Under the pieces are notes generated by a model. It did no database searches, was not told the DNA's origin, and worked only from the letters and a program-made list of their open reading frames with translations. The translations under genes and the position numbers were made by a program. A DNA stretch of 64,000 nucleotides from NCBI GenBank assembly GCA_963810625.1, contig CAWEOJ010000002.1:8177-72176 (forward strand), in the 5' to 3' direction. Shown in pieces: positions 48,107 to 57,146 of this stretch (the first letter of the stretch is position 1; every line of letters begins with the position of its first letter). The DNA comes from an uncultured Acidobacteriota bacterium. Its GTDB lineage: Bacteria > Acidobacteriota > Terriglobia > Acidiferrales > UBA7541.

Positions 48107-49996
48107 ATGATAAAGAGACGAACGACAATTTGGGTCCTTCTGGCGGCGGGTGTGCTCGCGCTGCCCGGTTGCGACGAGACTGCCAAAAAAGAGGTGCATG
48201 TGCAGCCTCCGGCGGCGACGCCGAAGCCTGCTCCCGCGGAAGTGAGCGAGCCTCTTCCCTTGATCGAGGCTGGCTACCCGGCATGGTTTGCGCACGACCC
48301 CCGGCCGGCTATGGACATCCTGGTGGACCGCGTCCAGGCGGGTTTCGACGCGGGAGAGAAGGATTATCAGGCGGGCCATCTTGACAAGGCGCGCGCGGAT
48401 TTCGACGGCGCGGTGAACCTGATCCTCACCAGCGGTTTTCAGGGAGACTCCGACCCACGGCTTTCGAAGCTGTTCGACCAGATTGGCGATGCGGTCGCTT
48501 CGTACGGACTGGATGCCGACCAGGGCAGCGGAGACGAAGAATCGGAAACACCCTCCGAACCCGCTCCGATCGAGGAAATCGCGGACCTGACATTGCCGGC
48601 GGGCGATCCGCGCCTGGCGCTCAAGGCCGAAAGCGAATTGATTGGCGTTCCGCACGACCTGCCGCTCGCGGTGAATGATTCCGTCCTGCAATATCTGAGC
48701 TTTTTCACTACGGAGCGCGGCCGCGCCATCGTCGGGCGGGGGCTGGAGCGCGCCGGACGCTACAGCGACATGATCCGGCGCGTGCTGAAGGAAGAGGGCG
48801 TCCCGCAGGACTTGATCTATCTCGCGCAGGCGGAAAGCGCGTTCCTGCCGGATTCGGTTTCGCGCGCCGGGGCGCGTGGAATCTGGCAATTCATGCCCTA
48901 TCGGGGCGAAGAGTACGATCTCGAACGCAGCTATTGGGTGGACCAGCGCAGCGATCCGGAAATGGCCACGCGCGCGGCGGCCCGGCACCTTCGCGACCTT
49001 TATGAAATGTTCGGTGACTGGTATCTGGTGATGGCCGCGTATAACTCCGGCCCGCTGACCGTGGCCCGGGCTATCGAGCGCACCGGCTATGCCGATTTTT
49101 GGGAGCTGCAAAGGCTCCATGCCCTGCCGAAGCAAACGCAAAATTATGTCCCCATCATCATCGCCCTGGCGCTGGTGGCCAAGGACCCGGCGCTCTATGG
49201 CGTGCAATTCGACGCGGACAAGCCGCCGCAGGTGGAAACGGTTCGGCTCGAACACCCCGTCAGCCTGAGTCTTGCTGCGGATGCCACGGGCGCGGACCTC
49301 GATGATCTGCGGCTGCTCAACCCGGAACTTCTGCGGGGCGTCACTCCGGACCAACCCGGCTTCGAACTGAACCTGCCGGCGGGCACTGCCAGGAATTTCG
49401 AGGAAAACATCCAGCAGGTTCCCGAGGACAAGTGGACCACCTGGCGGCTGCATACTGTCGTGGAGGGAGAGACGCTTCCGGATATCGCCGAGCGCTATCG
49501 CGTCACTCTTCCGGCGCTCGAATCGGCCAATCATCTGGAGGCGCACGCTTCCGTGCCGGCGGGCTTCGTGCTGGACGTGCCGGCGGCGCCGCCCGTGATC
49601 CGGTTGGTCCATTATCGCGTTCAGCGCGACGACACGCTCGAAGGGATTGCGGACCGCTTCGACGTGACTGTGGCGGAACTCAAACGATGGAACCGCATCG
49701 CGGGTCATCACATGGCGCGCGGCATGCGGCTGAGGATTTATGCGGGCAGCGGCGACACGGCCGCGACATCGCGCGCCCCCTCGAAGCCGGTGCGGAGCTC
49801 CGGCTCGGCGGTGCGCAACGTGTCCACGCACGCTTCCGAAAAGTCGGACGCCCTCGAGCATCGCGTGAAGCCGGGCGAGACGCTCTATTCGATTGCGCGC
49901 GAGTATGGCACCACGGTTTCGGCCCTGCGCGAATCGAACCCGTTCCTCTCCGGGAGGCCGCTCGAGCCCGGCGATGTCCTGACCGTGCAACGCTAA
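48107..49996 (+). CDS. MltD-like lytic transglycosylase lipoprotein with three LysM domains
   Basis: Lipobox LALPGC; SLT motifs AQAESAF, GIWQFMP, AAYNSGP; LysM repeats HTVVEGETLPDIAERY, YRVQRDDTLEGIADRF, HRVKPGETLYSIAREY. Confidence 0.85.
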   Translation: MIKRRTTIWVLLAAGVLALPGCDETAKKEVHVQPPAATPKPAPAEVSEPLPLIEAGYPAWFAHDPRPAMDILVDRVQAGFDAGEKDYQAGHLDKARADFDGAVNLILTSGFQGDSDPRLSKLFDQIGDAVASYGLDADQGSGDEESETPSEPAPIEEIADLTLPAGDPRLALKAESELIGVPHDLPLAVNDSVLQYLSFFTTERGRAIVGRGLERAGRYSDMIRRVLKEEGVPQDLIYLAQAESAFLPDSVSRAGARGIWQFMPYRGEEYDLERSYWVDQRSDPEMATRAAARHLRDLYEMFGDWYLVMAAYNSGPLTVARAIERTGYADFWELQRLHALPKQTQNYVPIIIALALVAKDPALYGVQFDADKPPQVETVRLEHPVSLSLAADATGADLDDLRLLNPELLRGVTPDQPGFELNLPAGTARNFEENIQQVPEDKWTTWRLHTVVEGETLPDIAERYRVTLPALESANHLEAHASVPAGFVLDVPAAPPVIRLVHYRVQRDDTLEGIADRFDVTVAELKRWNRIAGHHMARGMRLRIYAGSGDTAATSRAPSKPVRSSGSAVRNVSTHASEKSDALEHRVKPGETLYSIAREYGTTVSALRESNPFLSGRPLEPGDVLTVQR

Positions 49997-50140
49997 AGAA
50001 CGCACGCGGTCACCCCTGGAAATCCAATAAACCATTCCTTATCTATATGTTACAGGATATGCGCGCCTTTCTCTTCCGGGTACCCGGGAATCCATCGGAA
50101 ATGGTTCTCGAATGCAGCACGTTTTTCGATTCATTGCGGC

Positions 50141-50169
50141 TTGACAAAGCTCCGATACTCCGTTTATAA
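50141..50169 (+). promoter_or_regulatory. sigma70-like promoter for 50223 ORF
   Basis: TTGACA (50141-50146), 17-nt spacer, TTATAA (50164-50169); GGAGGA RBS before the ATG at 50223. Confidence 0.5.
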
Positions 50170-50222
50170 GCGCCCGAGGAGTTCCAGGCCGTCCGCGAGC
50201 CCGACACCCCACGGAGGAACGC

Positions 50223-50516
50223 ATGTTTCACGCCAAAATGCACGATGAGGAAGACGACGAATTGCCGCGTTACGAAGAGGAAGAAGAGGGACAGGAACAG
50301 CCGCAGGAGATCGTGGAAGAGGTGGAAGAGATTGTGATCGAGGAGGAGCCGGAACACAAAGCCCCGGCAGCTCCCGCCCCTCGCCGGCGCGCGCCGGCAC
50401 GCAAAGCGAAAAAGTCGAAGAAATCGAAAAAAACCCGCCCGAAAAAGAAGGCCAAGGGCAAGGCCAAAGCCAAAAAAGGGCGCGCGAAGAAGGGCGGAAA
50501 GCGCAGGAAGCGCTGA
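50223..50516 (+). CDS. small bipartite acidic/basic protein (Glu-rich N-terminal half, Lys/Arg-rich histone-H1-like tail)
   Basis: MFHAKMHDEEDDELPRYEEEEEGQEQPQEIVEEVEEIVIEEEPE...RKAKKSKKSKKTRPKKKAKGKAKAKKGRAKKGGKRRKR; has a good promoter and RBS. Confidence 0.6.
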   Translation: MFHAKMHDEEDDELPRYEEEEEGQEQPQEIVEEVEEIVIEEEPEHKAPAAPAPRRRAPARKAKKSKKSKKTRPKKKAKGKAKAKKGRAKKGGKRRKR

Positions 50517-50718
50517 CCGTCCTGCCGTCCTGGTTCTCCTCGGAAGATTGAATCGCGGCGGTGCGCCGCAGCCCGCCGGGCTTCCGGCGGGCAGTCTTGC
50601 GGGGATTTTCCTTCGCGCGATCCTCGATGTGCGCGCCGGAAGGCGCATCCGGCGTGTTTCCCATTTTGGAATCTTTCCCTTGCAGTAATCCGCTCTGGAT
50701 AGCTAGCATACGCGTTCG

Positions 50719-51516
50719 ATGCCGCTGGCCGTCGAACAGATACGGAGGATGCGCGGTGGAGCGCAGGCGCAACTGATGCGCTGCGCGGACGAAGCGTATT
50801 ACGTCGTGAAATTCCAAAACAATCCGCAGGGCGTTCGTATTCTGGCGAATGAATTGCTCGGAACACGTCTGGCCGCCCGCCTGGGCCTTCCCACGGCGGG
50901 TGCGGCTGTGGTCGAGGTGCGCGAGGAGCTGATCGAACACACCGATGAATTGGAAATTCAGCTGGGGCGCGGGCGCGCGCGGTGCAAGCCCGGGCTGCAA
51001 TTCGGCTCGCGCTATCCCGGCTCGCCCGCGGAAACCGTGGTCTACGATTTCCTTCCCGAGGAGCAGCTCCGCGCGTCGCCGAATCTTTCGGATTTCTGCG
51101 GCATGCTCGTCTTCGACAAATGGACCTGCAACACCAACGGCCGCCAGGCGGTCTTCTTCCGCGCGCGGAGCGAAGCCCCCTACCGTGCGCAGATGATCGA
51201 CCAGGGCTTCTGTTTCAATGCGGGAGAGTGGAATTTTCCTGATGCGCCGCTGCGCGGGCTGTATGCGCGGCACGGCGTCTATGCATCGGTGCGCGGGATC
51301 GAGTCCTTCGAGCCCTGGCTCGCGCGCATCGAAACGAAGATTTCGGAAGCCGCGCTCGAGGATGCCGCGAGCGAGATTCCCCCGGAGTGGTACAATTTCG
51401 ATCCGGACGCGCTCGAGCAGCTGCTGGAAAATCTCCTGCGGCGGCGCAATCGGGTCCGCGAACTGATTGTCTCGGCCTGGAAATCGTCGGCCGAGCCATT
51501 TCCCAACTGGAAGTGA
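50719..51516 (+). CDS. HipA-like / PI3-4-kinase-fold kinase family protein
   Basis: GGAQAQLMRC...YYVVKFQNNPQG (nucleotide-binding region and Lys), catalytic-loop-like FDKWTCNTNGRQ (D-x4-N), IDQGFCF (DxG metal site). Confidence 0.65.
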   Translation: MPLAVEQIRRMRGGAQAQLMRCADEAYYVVKFQNNPQGVRILANELLGTRLAARLGLPTAGAAVVEVREELIEHTDELEIQLGRGRARCKPGLQFGSRYPGSPAETVVYDFLPEEQLRASPNLSDFCGMLVFDKWTCNTNGRQAVFFRARSEAPYRAQMIDQGFCFNAGEWNFPDAPLRGLYARHGVYASVRGIESFEPWLARIETKISEAALEDAASEIPPEWYNFDPDALEQLLENLLRRRNRVRELIVSAWKSSAEPFPNWK

Positions 51517-51519
51517 ACC

Positions 51520-52320
51520 ATGCCCGAAGAACAGAAAAATTATTTCCGCTACCGCGTCCTGCGCTACACGCCGGACCCCATTCGCGATGAGTGGGTGAAT
51601 ATCGGAGTCGTGCTGGAACACACGGAAGGCGCGCGGCTGGCCGCGCGGCTCATCGAAGAGCCGGCCGAGCTCGCCCGTGTCCGCCGGCTGCACCCCCAGG
51701 CCGATGAAGCCTTGCTCCGCGCCCTGCCGGCGGAATTCGAGGCGCGGCTCGGCGCCCCGGCGGCCGAGGCCACGGCACACCTCGCCAAGCTCGACGACAC
51801 ATTATCAAATGCCTTGCAGTTCAGCCCGCAAAGGGCTCTCTATGCCGAGGATTTCGACGCCGAGCTCGACCGCCTCTTCCGCGACCACGTCGCGCCTCCG
51901 CCCCGCGCGCGCGGCGGGATTGCCGAAAGCACCCGCGCCTGGATCAAGGCGCGCATCAACGACGTTTTTCTCAGGCGCCGCGTTCCCCGGCTCGAGCGCA
52001 GCATCCGCGTGGACGAATTTACGCAGCCGGGCGATCCCCTGCGGCTCGATTACGGCTACCGCAATGGCGTGCGCGGCTATCTGCACGCCGTGGCCCTCGG
52101 CCGCGATCCCTCGCAGGCCAAGGTGTTGGCCTACACCGCCGAGCGCATCCGCGCGCGCCTGCCTCAATGCGAATTCACCGCCATCACCGAGGCCGGCCCC
52201 GCCCCCGGCAATCCCCGGCATCAGTTCATCGAGGGGCTGTTTAAGGAACAGAACATCGCCCTCGTCCCGCTCAATCACATCGAGCGCTTCGCCGAGGATC
52301 TCCGGCGTCGTCTTTCGTAG
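51520..52320 (+). CDS. DUF3037-family protein
   Basis: N-terminus YFRYRVLRYTPDPIRDEWVNIGVVL is the DUF3037 hallmark as I recall it. Starts 3 nt after the kinase stop. Confidence 0.65.
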   Translation: MPEEQKNYFRYRVLRYTPDPIRDEWVNIGVVLEHTEGARLAARLIEEPAELARVRRLHPQADEALLRALPAEFEARLGAPAAEATAHLAKLDDTLSNALQFSPQRALYAEDFDAELDRLFRDHVAPPPRARGGIAESTRAWIKARINDVFLRRRVPRLERSIRVDEFTQPGDPLRLDYGYRNGVRGYLHAVALGRDPSQAKVLAYTAERIRARLPQCEFTAITEAGPAPGNPRHQFIEGLFKEQNIALVPLNHIERFAEDLRRRLS

Positions 52321-52457
52321 GGTTTAGGTGTTCTGGGTCTCAATGAAGTGGGGCGTTTCCCTATCCTGGCAGTCCGAATCTCTTGCTGCAGAGGCGGACA
52401 AGCCGCCCCTGCAAGGTCTCCTGATTTTTAGAAGTGGCTTAATTTCCGGTGAGGGCG

Positions 52458-53309
52458 TTAATGAGGACCACTCACTGACTTCTGCCGGTCGGTGATAGAG
52501 GGAGAAGGTACCGCAGACGGCTCCGCCAACACTGGATGCAGGCTCGTGAGCATTCGCTTGAGTTCGGATTGTGAGAGCTTAATGTTGTCCTTCAAGGTCG
52601 CGCAGATAATCTCGACGTGATGGCCTCCCATGCCAAACACTTCGAGGTCCACGCGCGTCGATTTATGTGGATCACCGATTTGAAACCCGCGCTTGTCTGG
52701 CAACTCAAACGAAAACACTCCCGTTCCTAAACTGGAAGGAGTGGCGATGGCTTTTATCGTCAGAAGCGTCATCCCGCGAACCGCCTCAGCTCGCGGCCCA
52801 AAGGCTCGAACACTCTGGGGCGTCGTGTACAAGAGCGCAGCTTGTTGGTCATACGCCGAACGGTTCATCAAATCGCCAAACACGGGCCGCCAATTCTCCA
52901 TGTGCATGGACGGATCCTGCACGAGCTCGGTCAGCAGTCCGCTCTGGTTCGTGGGCACAATGAAAGTCACACTTTGTCCCGATTCAAACTCAAGCTGCAC
53001 GATGCCATTGCCTGCCTTTTGCCTGGAGATCCCATTCCATGGCACCTCGAACTCGTAGCCGAAATACGAAATTTCAGTCCCCGGCGCATCGGACACGGAG
53101 TAATCCACGAGCGGCTGGGGTGCGACCTTTACGCCTGGAAATTTCCTGGCTTCACGTCTCGCCATGAAGAATATCGTGATTGGAGGCGCAACAAGTTTGA
53201 TCAGAAAAATTACGATTGCGAAAAGTACCGCCACGCGCGCGAACGCGCCTAGGACTCGTCTACCCAGCGATATCCGCTCCCAGGAAGTAACGTGAGTGAG
53301 CGCCGACAC
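52458..53309 (-). CDS. membrane-anchored hypothetical protein
   Basis: GTG start, one N-terminal TM (VAVLFAIVIFLIKLVAPPITIFF); locally lower GC. Confidence 0.55.
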   Translation of the reverse strand: MSALTHVTSWERISLGRRVLGAFARVAVLFAIVIFLIKLVAPPITIFFMARREARKFPGVKVAPQPLVDYSVSDAPGTEISYFGYEFEVPWNGISRQKAGNGIVQLEFESGQSVTFIVPTNQSGLLTELVQDPSMHMENWRPVFGDLMNRSAYDQQAALLYTTPQSVRAFGPRAEAVRGMTLLTIKAIATPSSLGTGVFSFELPDKRGFQIGDPHKSTRVDLEVFGMGGHHVEIICATLKDNIKLSQSELKRMLTSLHPVLAEPSAVPSPSITDRQKSVSGPH

Positions 53310-53408
53310 TCATTGATTCTCGCAGCTCCGTCCCGGCCTTGCAATGGACCCGCGATGTGCTGTGCCGTAGAGGTTAGAAGCCCCCGAACCGGAACAACCG
53401 GCCGATCC

Positions 53409-54545
53409 TTAAGACGCGATCGCGCCCCAGGAAGGGACCTCTCTCTTGCCGAGAAGAACCTCTGCGGCCCATGCACTTAGATAAACCGAAAGTGCCACGC
53501 CATGCCCCGCATAAGCGCCGAGGACAATTCCATTGCTGTGCTCCGGATGCCGATCGAACACCGGCCTCCAGCTATCGCGGAAAAGAATCGGCCCGCCCCA
53601 CTGATGCGTGAATTGGGCGTTGGCGAGCGCCGGATGCAACCCCCGTATCCGCTTCTCAAGCTTCGCAAACATTCGCACCGGCTCTTCCGACGCAATATCA
53701 ACATCCCGCAGATCGCCCGAAGCCGGCTCGGTCACGAGTCCCGCGCCCCACACAATCGAGTTGTCCCGCCTCGCGCGCCCCCAGAGATACGGAAAATCCA
53801 CGGTATAAAACGGTCTTCGGTGAAAAAGCCCGGCGGCCTCAAGCTGCTCCTCGCGAAACGGAGCGGTCGCAGCAGCCAGGGTCAGTCGCGGATGCGTCGT
53901 GTGGCCCAGCCCCGAAAGCGGGAGCGAAAGCGCGTTCGTCGCGAACAAAATTTTGCCGGCGCGTATTTTCCCCGGCCGCGCGCCTGCGAATTCGATTTCC
54001 GTGGGTTCGCCCCCATGAACGCGCCCCACCCGCGCTTCCTCGACGATGACCGTCCCCAGTCGGTGCGCCGCGCGCGCCAGTCCGCTCACGAGTTTTCCCG
54101 GATCGAGTGTGCCGCCTGGAACTTCATTCACCACCCGCAGAGTTCCTGAATCCTGCCACGCAATCGGCGAATTTTCCATGCCGCCGCTGCGCCCGATTTC
54201 CCACGCGCCCGGAAGCCCGAGATCGCATTCGACGCCTAGCTTCCCCAAAATATTTTTCAGCCCGGCGAGGACATCGCCCAAATCCGGAAAATCGCCCGCG
54301 GCCGTCTCCGCGAGGACCATGCCGCCCGTCCGCCCGCTCGCGCCCGCGCCGATGCGCCCGGCCTCGAACACCGCAACGGATTTTTCAGGCGCAAGCAGCC
54401 GCAGCCACGCCGCGGCAGCCAGTCCCGTGAATCCGCCGCCGATCACGGCGAAGTCCACGGCCTGCGAGTTAGCCTGCTTGGGCGGCTGGAAATCAATCCG
54501 CCAGGGCGGAGCGCCCCAGATATCGCGCGCGGCAGGAGAGGTCAT
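53409..54545 (-). CDS. FAD-dependent oxidoreductase (DAO family)
   Basis: DFAVIGGGFTGLAAAAWL dinucleotide-binding motif; 378 aa. Confidence 0.8.
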   Translation of the reverse strand: MTSPAARDIWGAPPWRIDFQPPKQANSQAVDFAVIGGGFTGLAAAAWLRLLAPEKSVAVFEAGRIGAGASGRTGGMVLAETAAGDFPDLGDVLAGLKNILGKLGVECDLGLPGAWEIGRSGGMENSPIAWQDSGTLRVVNEVPGGTLDPGKLVSGLARAAHRLGTVIVEEARVGRVHGGEPTEIEFAGARPGKIRAGKILFATNALSLPLSGLGHTTHPRLTLAAATAPFREEQLEAAGLFHRRPFYTVDFPYLWGRARRDNSIVWGAGLVTEPASGDLRDVDIASEEPVRMFAKLEKRIRGLHPALANAQFTHQWGGPILFRDSWRPVFDRHPEHSNGIVLGAYAGHGVALSVYLSAWAAEVLLGKREVPSWGAIAS

Positions 54546-54669
54546 GGAAGGAAAGAGGAAAATGTCGGATGCTTTACCACCTCGTCGAAGAATGGGAGAG
54601 GTTTGTAGGTTGCGGCTTTAGCCGCCACGAAAAGCCTGCAAAATTAGCGGGGCTTTCGCGCCTTTTGCG

Positions 54670-54690
54670 TCCCGATGGTTTGTATCGGGA
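54670..54690 (+). repeat. short hairpin REP (CCCGAT-N7-ATCGGG family), copy 4, inside a larger repeat (54601-54710) shared with 25761-25850
   Basis: gcgccttttgcgTCCCGATggtttgtATCGGGA. The upstream gtaggttgcggctttagccgccacgaaaagcctgcaaaat matches gtaggtcgtggctttagccacgacgaaagccttgcaaaat at ~25761. Confidence 0.6.
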
Positions 54691-54730
54691 AGCCCCTGAA
54701 GTTCCCCCAAATCAGTTCTTCGGCAATCCG

Positions 54731-56059
54731 CTACAAAATACTCTCGGTCCAATGCTCGAGCGTCTGCTTAACCTTGCCCATGAATTGGTGGGCGATGGCG
54801 CCGTCCACGGCGCGGTGATCGTAGGAAAGCGTCAGGTAAACCATCGAGCGGATGGCGATGGCGTCCTCCACCACCACGGGCCGCTTCTCGATCGCGCCCA
54901 GTCCCAGGATAGCCACGTTCGGCTGATTGATCACCGGCAGGCCAAACAGCCCGCCGAACACGCCGGGGTTGGTGATCGAAAACGTGCTCTCCGCCACTTC
55001 CTCGGGCTTGAGCTTCTTCGACCGCGCGCGCTCGGCCAGGTCGTTCACCGCCCGCGCCAGCCCCAGAAAATTTTTCTCCTCGGCGTCCTTGATCACTGGC
55101 ACGATCAGGCCCCAGTCAAGCGCCACGGCGATGCCGATATTGCACTCCTTGTGCAGCACGATGTTCGTGCCGTCCACCGATGCATTCACCGTGGGGTATG
55201 CGCGCAGCCCCTCGACCGCCGCGCGGATGAAGAATGGCATGAACGAGAGCTTCGTGCCCGTCGTCTGTTCGAATTGTTCCTTCGACCTGGCGCGCAGCAC
55301 GGCCACCCCGGTGACGTCCACTTCCTCCACCGAATAGACGTGCGGCGAAACGCGCTTCGAGAGCACCATATGCTCGGCGATCCGCTGGCGCATCACGGAC
55401 ATGGGCTGCACTTCGTAGTGGCCGAAGTAAATTTTCTCGCGCGGCACCGCTGTCTCGAGCGTCGCATGCGCGGCCGCTGCGCCTGTTGCTGGGCGAGCGC
55501 CTGCCCCGCCGCCTTCGACTGCGGCGAGGATGTCCCGCTTGCTCACGCGGCCTCCCGCTCCGGTCCCGGGCACTTGCGTCAAATCAATTTTGTGCTCGCG
55601 CGCGATGCGCCGCACGAGCGGCGAGCTGCGCACTTTTTGGCCGTTGCCTCCGGCCACTGCCCGCTGGGCTGCGGGAACCGCCGCCGCAGGCGTCGCGGAC
55701 GGGGGCGGCGCGGAACCCGCTGGCTTCGCGGCTTCCGGCTTGGCCGTGCTGGGGGCGGGCTTCGGCGCTTCGCCCTTTGCGGGCGAGGGCGCGGGAGACG
55801 GGGCCGCGGCGGCGCTCGCGCCTGCAGCGTCAATCACCGCCACGACTGTTTGCACTGGCACGGTCTGCCCTTCGCTGACCTTGATCTCCTTCAGCACTCC
55901 GGCGGTCGGCGCGGGAATTTCCGCGTCCACCTTGTCGGTCGAAATCTCGAAGAGCGGCTCATCCCGCTCGATTTTGTCGCCCGGCTTCTTGAGCCATTTC
56001 GTGATGGTGCCTTCGAAAATGCTCTCGCCCATTTGGGGCATGATGACGTCTACAGCCAT
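54731..56059 (-). CDS. 2-oxoacid dehydrogenase E2 (dihydrolipoamide acyl/succinyltransferase)
   Basis: Lipoyl domain EISTDKVDAEIPAP, Ala/Pro linkers, E3-binding domain, catalytic DHRAVDG. Confidence 0.88.
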   Translation of the reverse strand: MAVDVIMPQMGESIFEGTITKWLKKPGDKIERDEPLFEISTDKVDAEIPAPTAGVLKEIKVSEGQTVPVQTVVAVIDAAGASAAAAPSPAPSPAKGEAPKPAPSTAKPEAAKPAGSAPPPSATPAAAVPAAQRAVAGGNGQKVRSSPLVRRIAREHKIDLTQVPGTGAGGRVSKRDILAAVEGGGAGARPATGAAAAHATLETAVPREKIYFGHYEVQPMSVMRQRIAEHMVLSKRVSPHVYSVEEVDVTGVAVLRARSKEQFEQTTGTKLSFMPFFIRAAVEGLRAYPTVNASVDGTNIVLHKECNIGIAVALDWGLIVPVIKDAEEKNFLGLARAVNDLAERARSKKLKPEEVAESTFSITNPGVFGGLFGLPVINQPNVAILGLGAIEKRPVVVEDAIAIRSMVYLTLSYDHRAVDGAIAHQFMGKVKQTLEHWTESIL

Positions 56060-56084
56060 GTTTGTCTCCTAGGGGACTCGCAAC

Positions 56085-56336
56085 TCAAACGGCGCTCAGA
56101 CACTCCTCGTGCCAGACGCCGGGTATTCCTTCGAGCGTGTAGACCTCGTCTCCGCCGTGAAAGAAGGTGACCGCGCTCACGCGCGCCGCTCGGCCTGCAT
56201 ACTCGAGCTGCTCCGGCTCCAGCTCGTTATGATACTGTCCCGCCTCGAGAAACTCCTCCAGGAAGGCGCGGTCCGCGACGCGCACCTCCGATCCCACTTC
56301 GAATTCCGCCTGGTTCAGACCCTTTGTTTTGCCCAA
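56085..56336 (-). CDS. small hypothetical protein between lipB and E2 (TTG start)
   Basis: TTG at 56334-56336 after AGAGGGTGGTG. (M)GKTKGLNQAEFEVGSEVRVADRAFLEEFLEAGQYHNELEPEQLEYAGRAARVSAVTFFHGGDEVYTLEGIPGVWHEECLSAV. Confidence 0.4.
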   Translation of the reverse strand: MGKTKGLNQAEFEVGSEVRVADRAFLEEFLEAGQYHNELEPEQLEYAGRAARVSAVTFFHGGDEVYTLEGIPGVWHEECLSAV

Positions 56337-56365
56337 ACCGCACCACCCTCTTTCTTCCGCGCTTA

Positions 56366-57121
56366 CTATTGTGCCAATTCTCGCGCGGCGGCGACACCCT
56401 TTTCCTCGCCGGGAAGTAACTTTTCGATTTCTTCGAGTTTCCGCCGGGGAACGCGCTCCATCTCCCGCTCGAAAATATCTCCAAAATGCGCGGTCAGGCG
56501 CTCGCGCACCTCCGCGCACTCGACGGCGCGGCCGAGCAGTTTTTCCAGCGACGTGGCGCGCTTCCCGGGAATTCCGCAGGGAACGATCAGGTCGAAATAG
56601 CGCAGGTCCGTCGAGATGTTGAAGGCGAAGCCGTGCGACGTCACCCAGCGGCTCAGATGCACGCCCAGCGCCGCCAGTTTTTCTTCGCCCGCCGCCGTGT
56701 CCACCCATGCGCCGTGGTGCCCTTCGACGCGCTTGGCCGCCACGCCGAAATCCGCCGCCGCGCGAATCATCACCTCTTCGATCTGCTCGACGTACCAGCG
56801 CACGTCGCGCCGATGCTCGGCCAGGTCCACAATCGGGTAGCCTACAATCTGTCCGGGGCCATGATATGTAATATCGCCGCCGCGATCCGTGTCATGCAAT
56901 TCGACTTTCCTCTGCGCCAGCAAGCCGTCCCCGGCGCGCAGGTGTTCGCGCTTGCCGTTGCGCCCGAGCGTGATCGTGTGCGGATGCTCCACAAGCAGCA
57001 GCACGTCGGGAATTTTTCCTGCCTTGCGCGCTTCGACGAGCGTCCGCTGCAAGGCGCAGCACGGGCCGTAGGCAATCATGCCCAGGTCCGCCATCCAGCA
57101 AATTTTCCGGTCTTCGATCAC
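56366..57121 (-). CDS. lipB: lipoyl(octanoyl) transferase
   Basis: LLLVEHPHTITLGRNG...DRGGDITYHGPGQIVGYPI...KLAALGV. Confidence 0.88.
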   Translation of the reverse strand: MIEDRKICWMADLGMIAYGPCCALQRTLVEARKAGKIPDVLLLVEHPHTITLGRNGKREHLRAGDGLLAQRKVELHDTDRGGDITYHGPGQIVGYPIVDLAEHRRDVRWYVEQIEEVMIRAAADFGVAAKRVEGHHGAWVDTAAGEEKLAALGVHLSRWVTSHGFAFNISTDLRYFDLIVPCGIPGKRATSLEKLLGRAVECAEVRERLTAHFGDIFEREMERVPRRKLEEIEKLLPGEEKGVAAARELAQ

Positions 57122-57146
57122 AACCCGTCTTTGTCGCCCCGCGGCG

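Noticed and set aside
47993-50035. 680-aa minus-strand ORF opposite the MltD-like gene
   Set aside because: Arg/Gly/His-rich composition with no motifs; the + strand encodes a lipoprotein with SLT and three LysM domains.
50164-51780. 538-aa minus-strand ORF opposite the charged protein, kinase and DUF3037 genes
   Set aside because: Arg/Gly/Pro-rich and spans three separately well-formed + strand genes with their own starts and RBSs.
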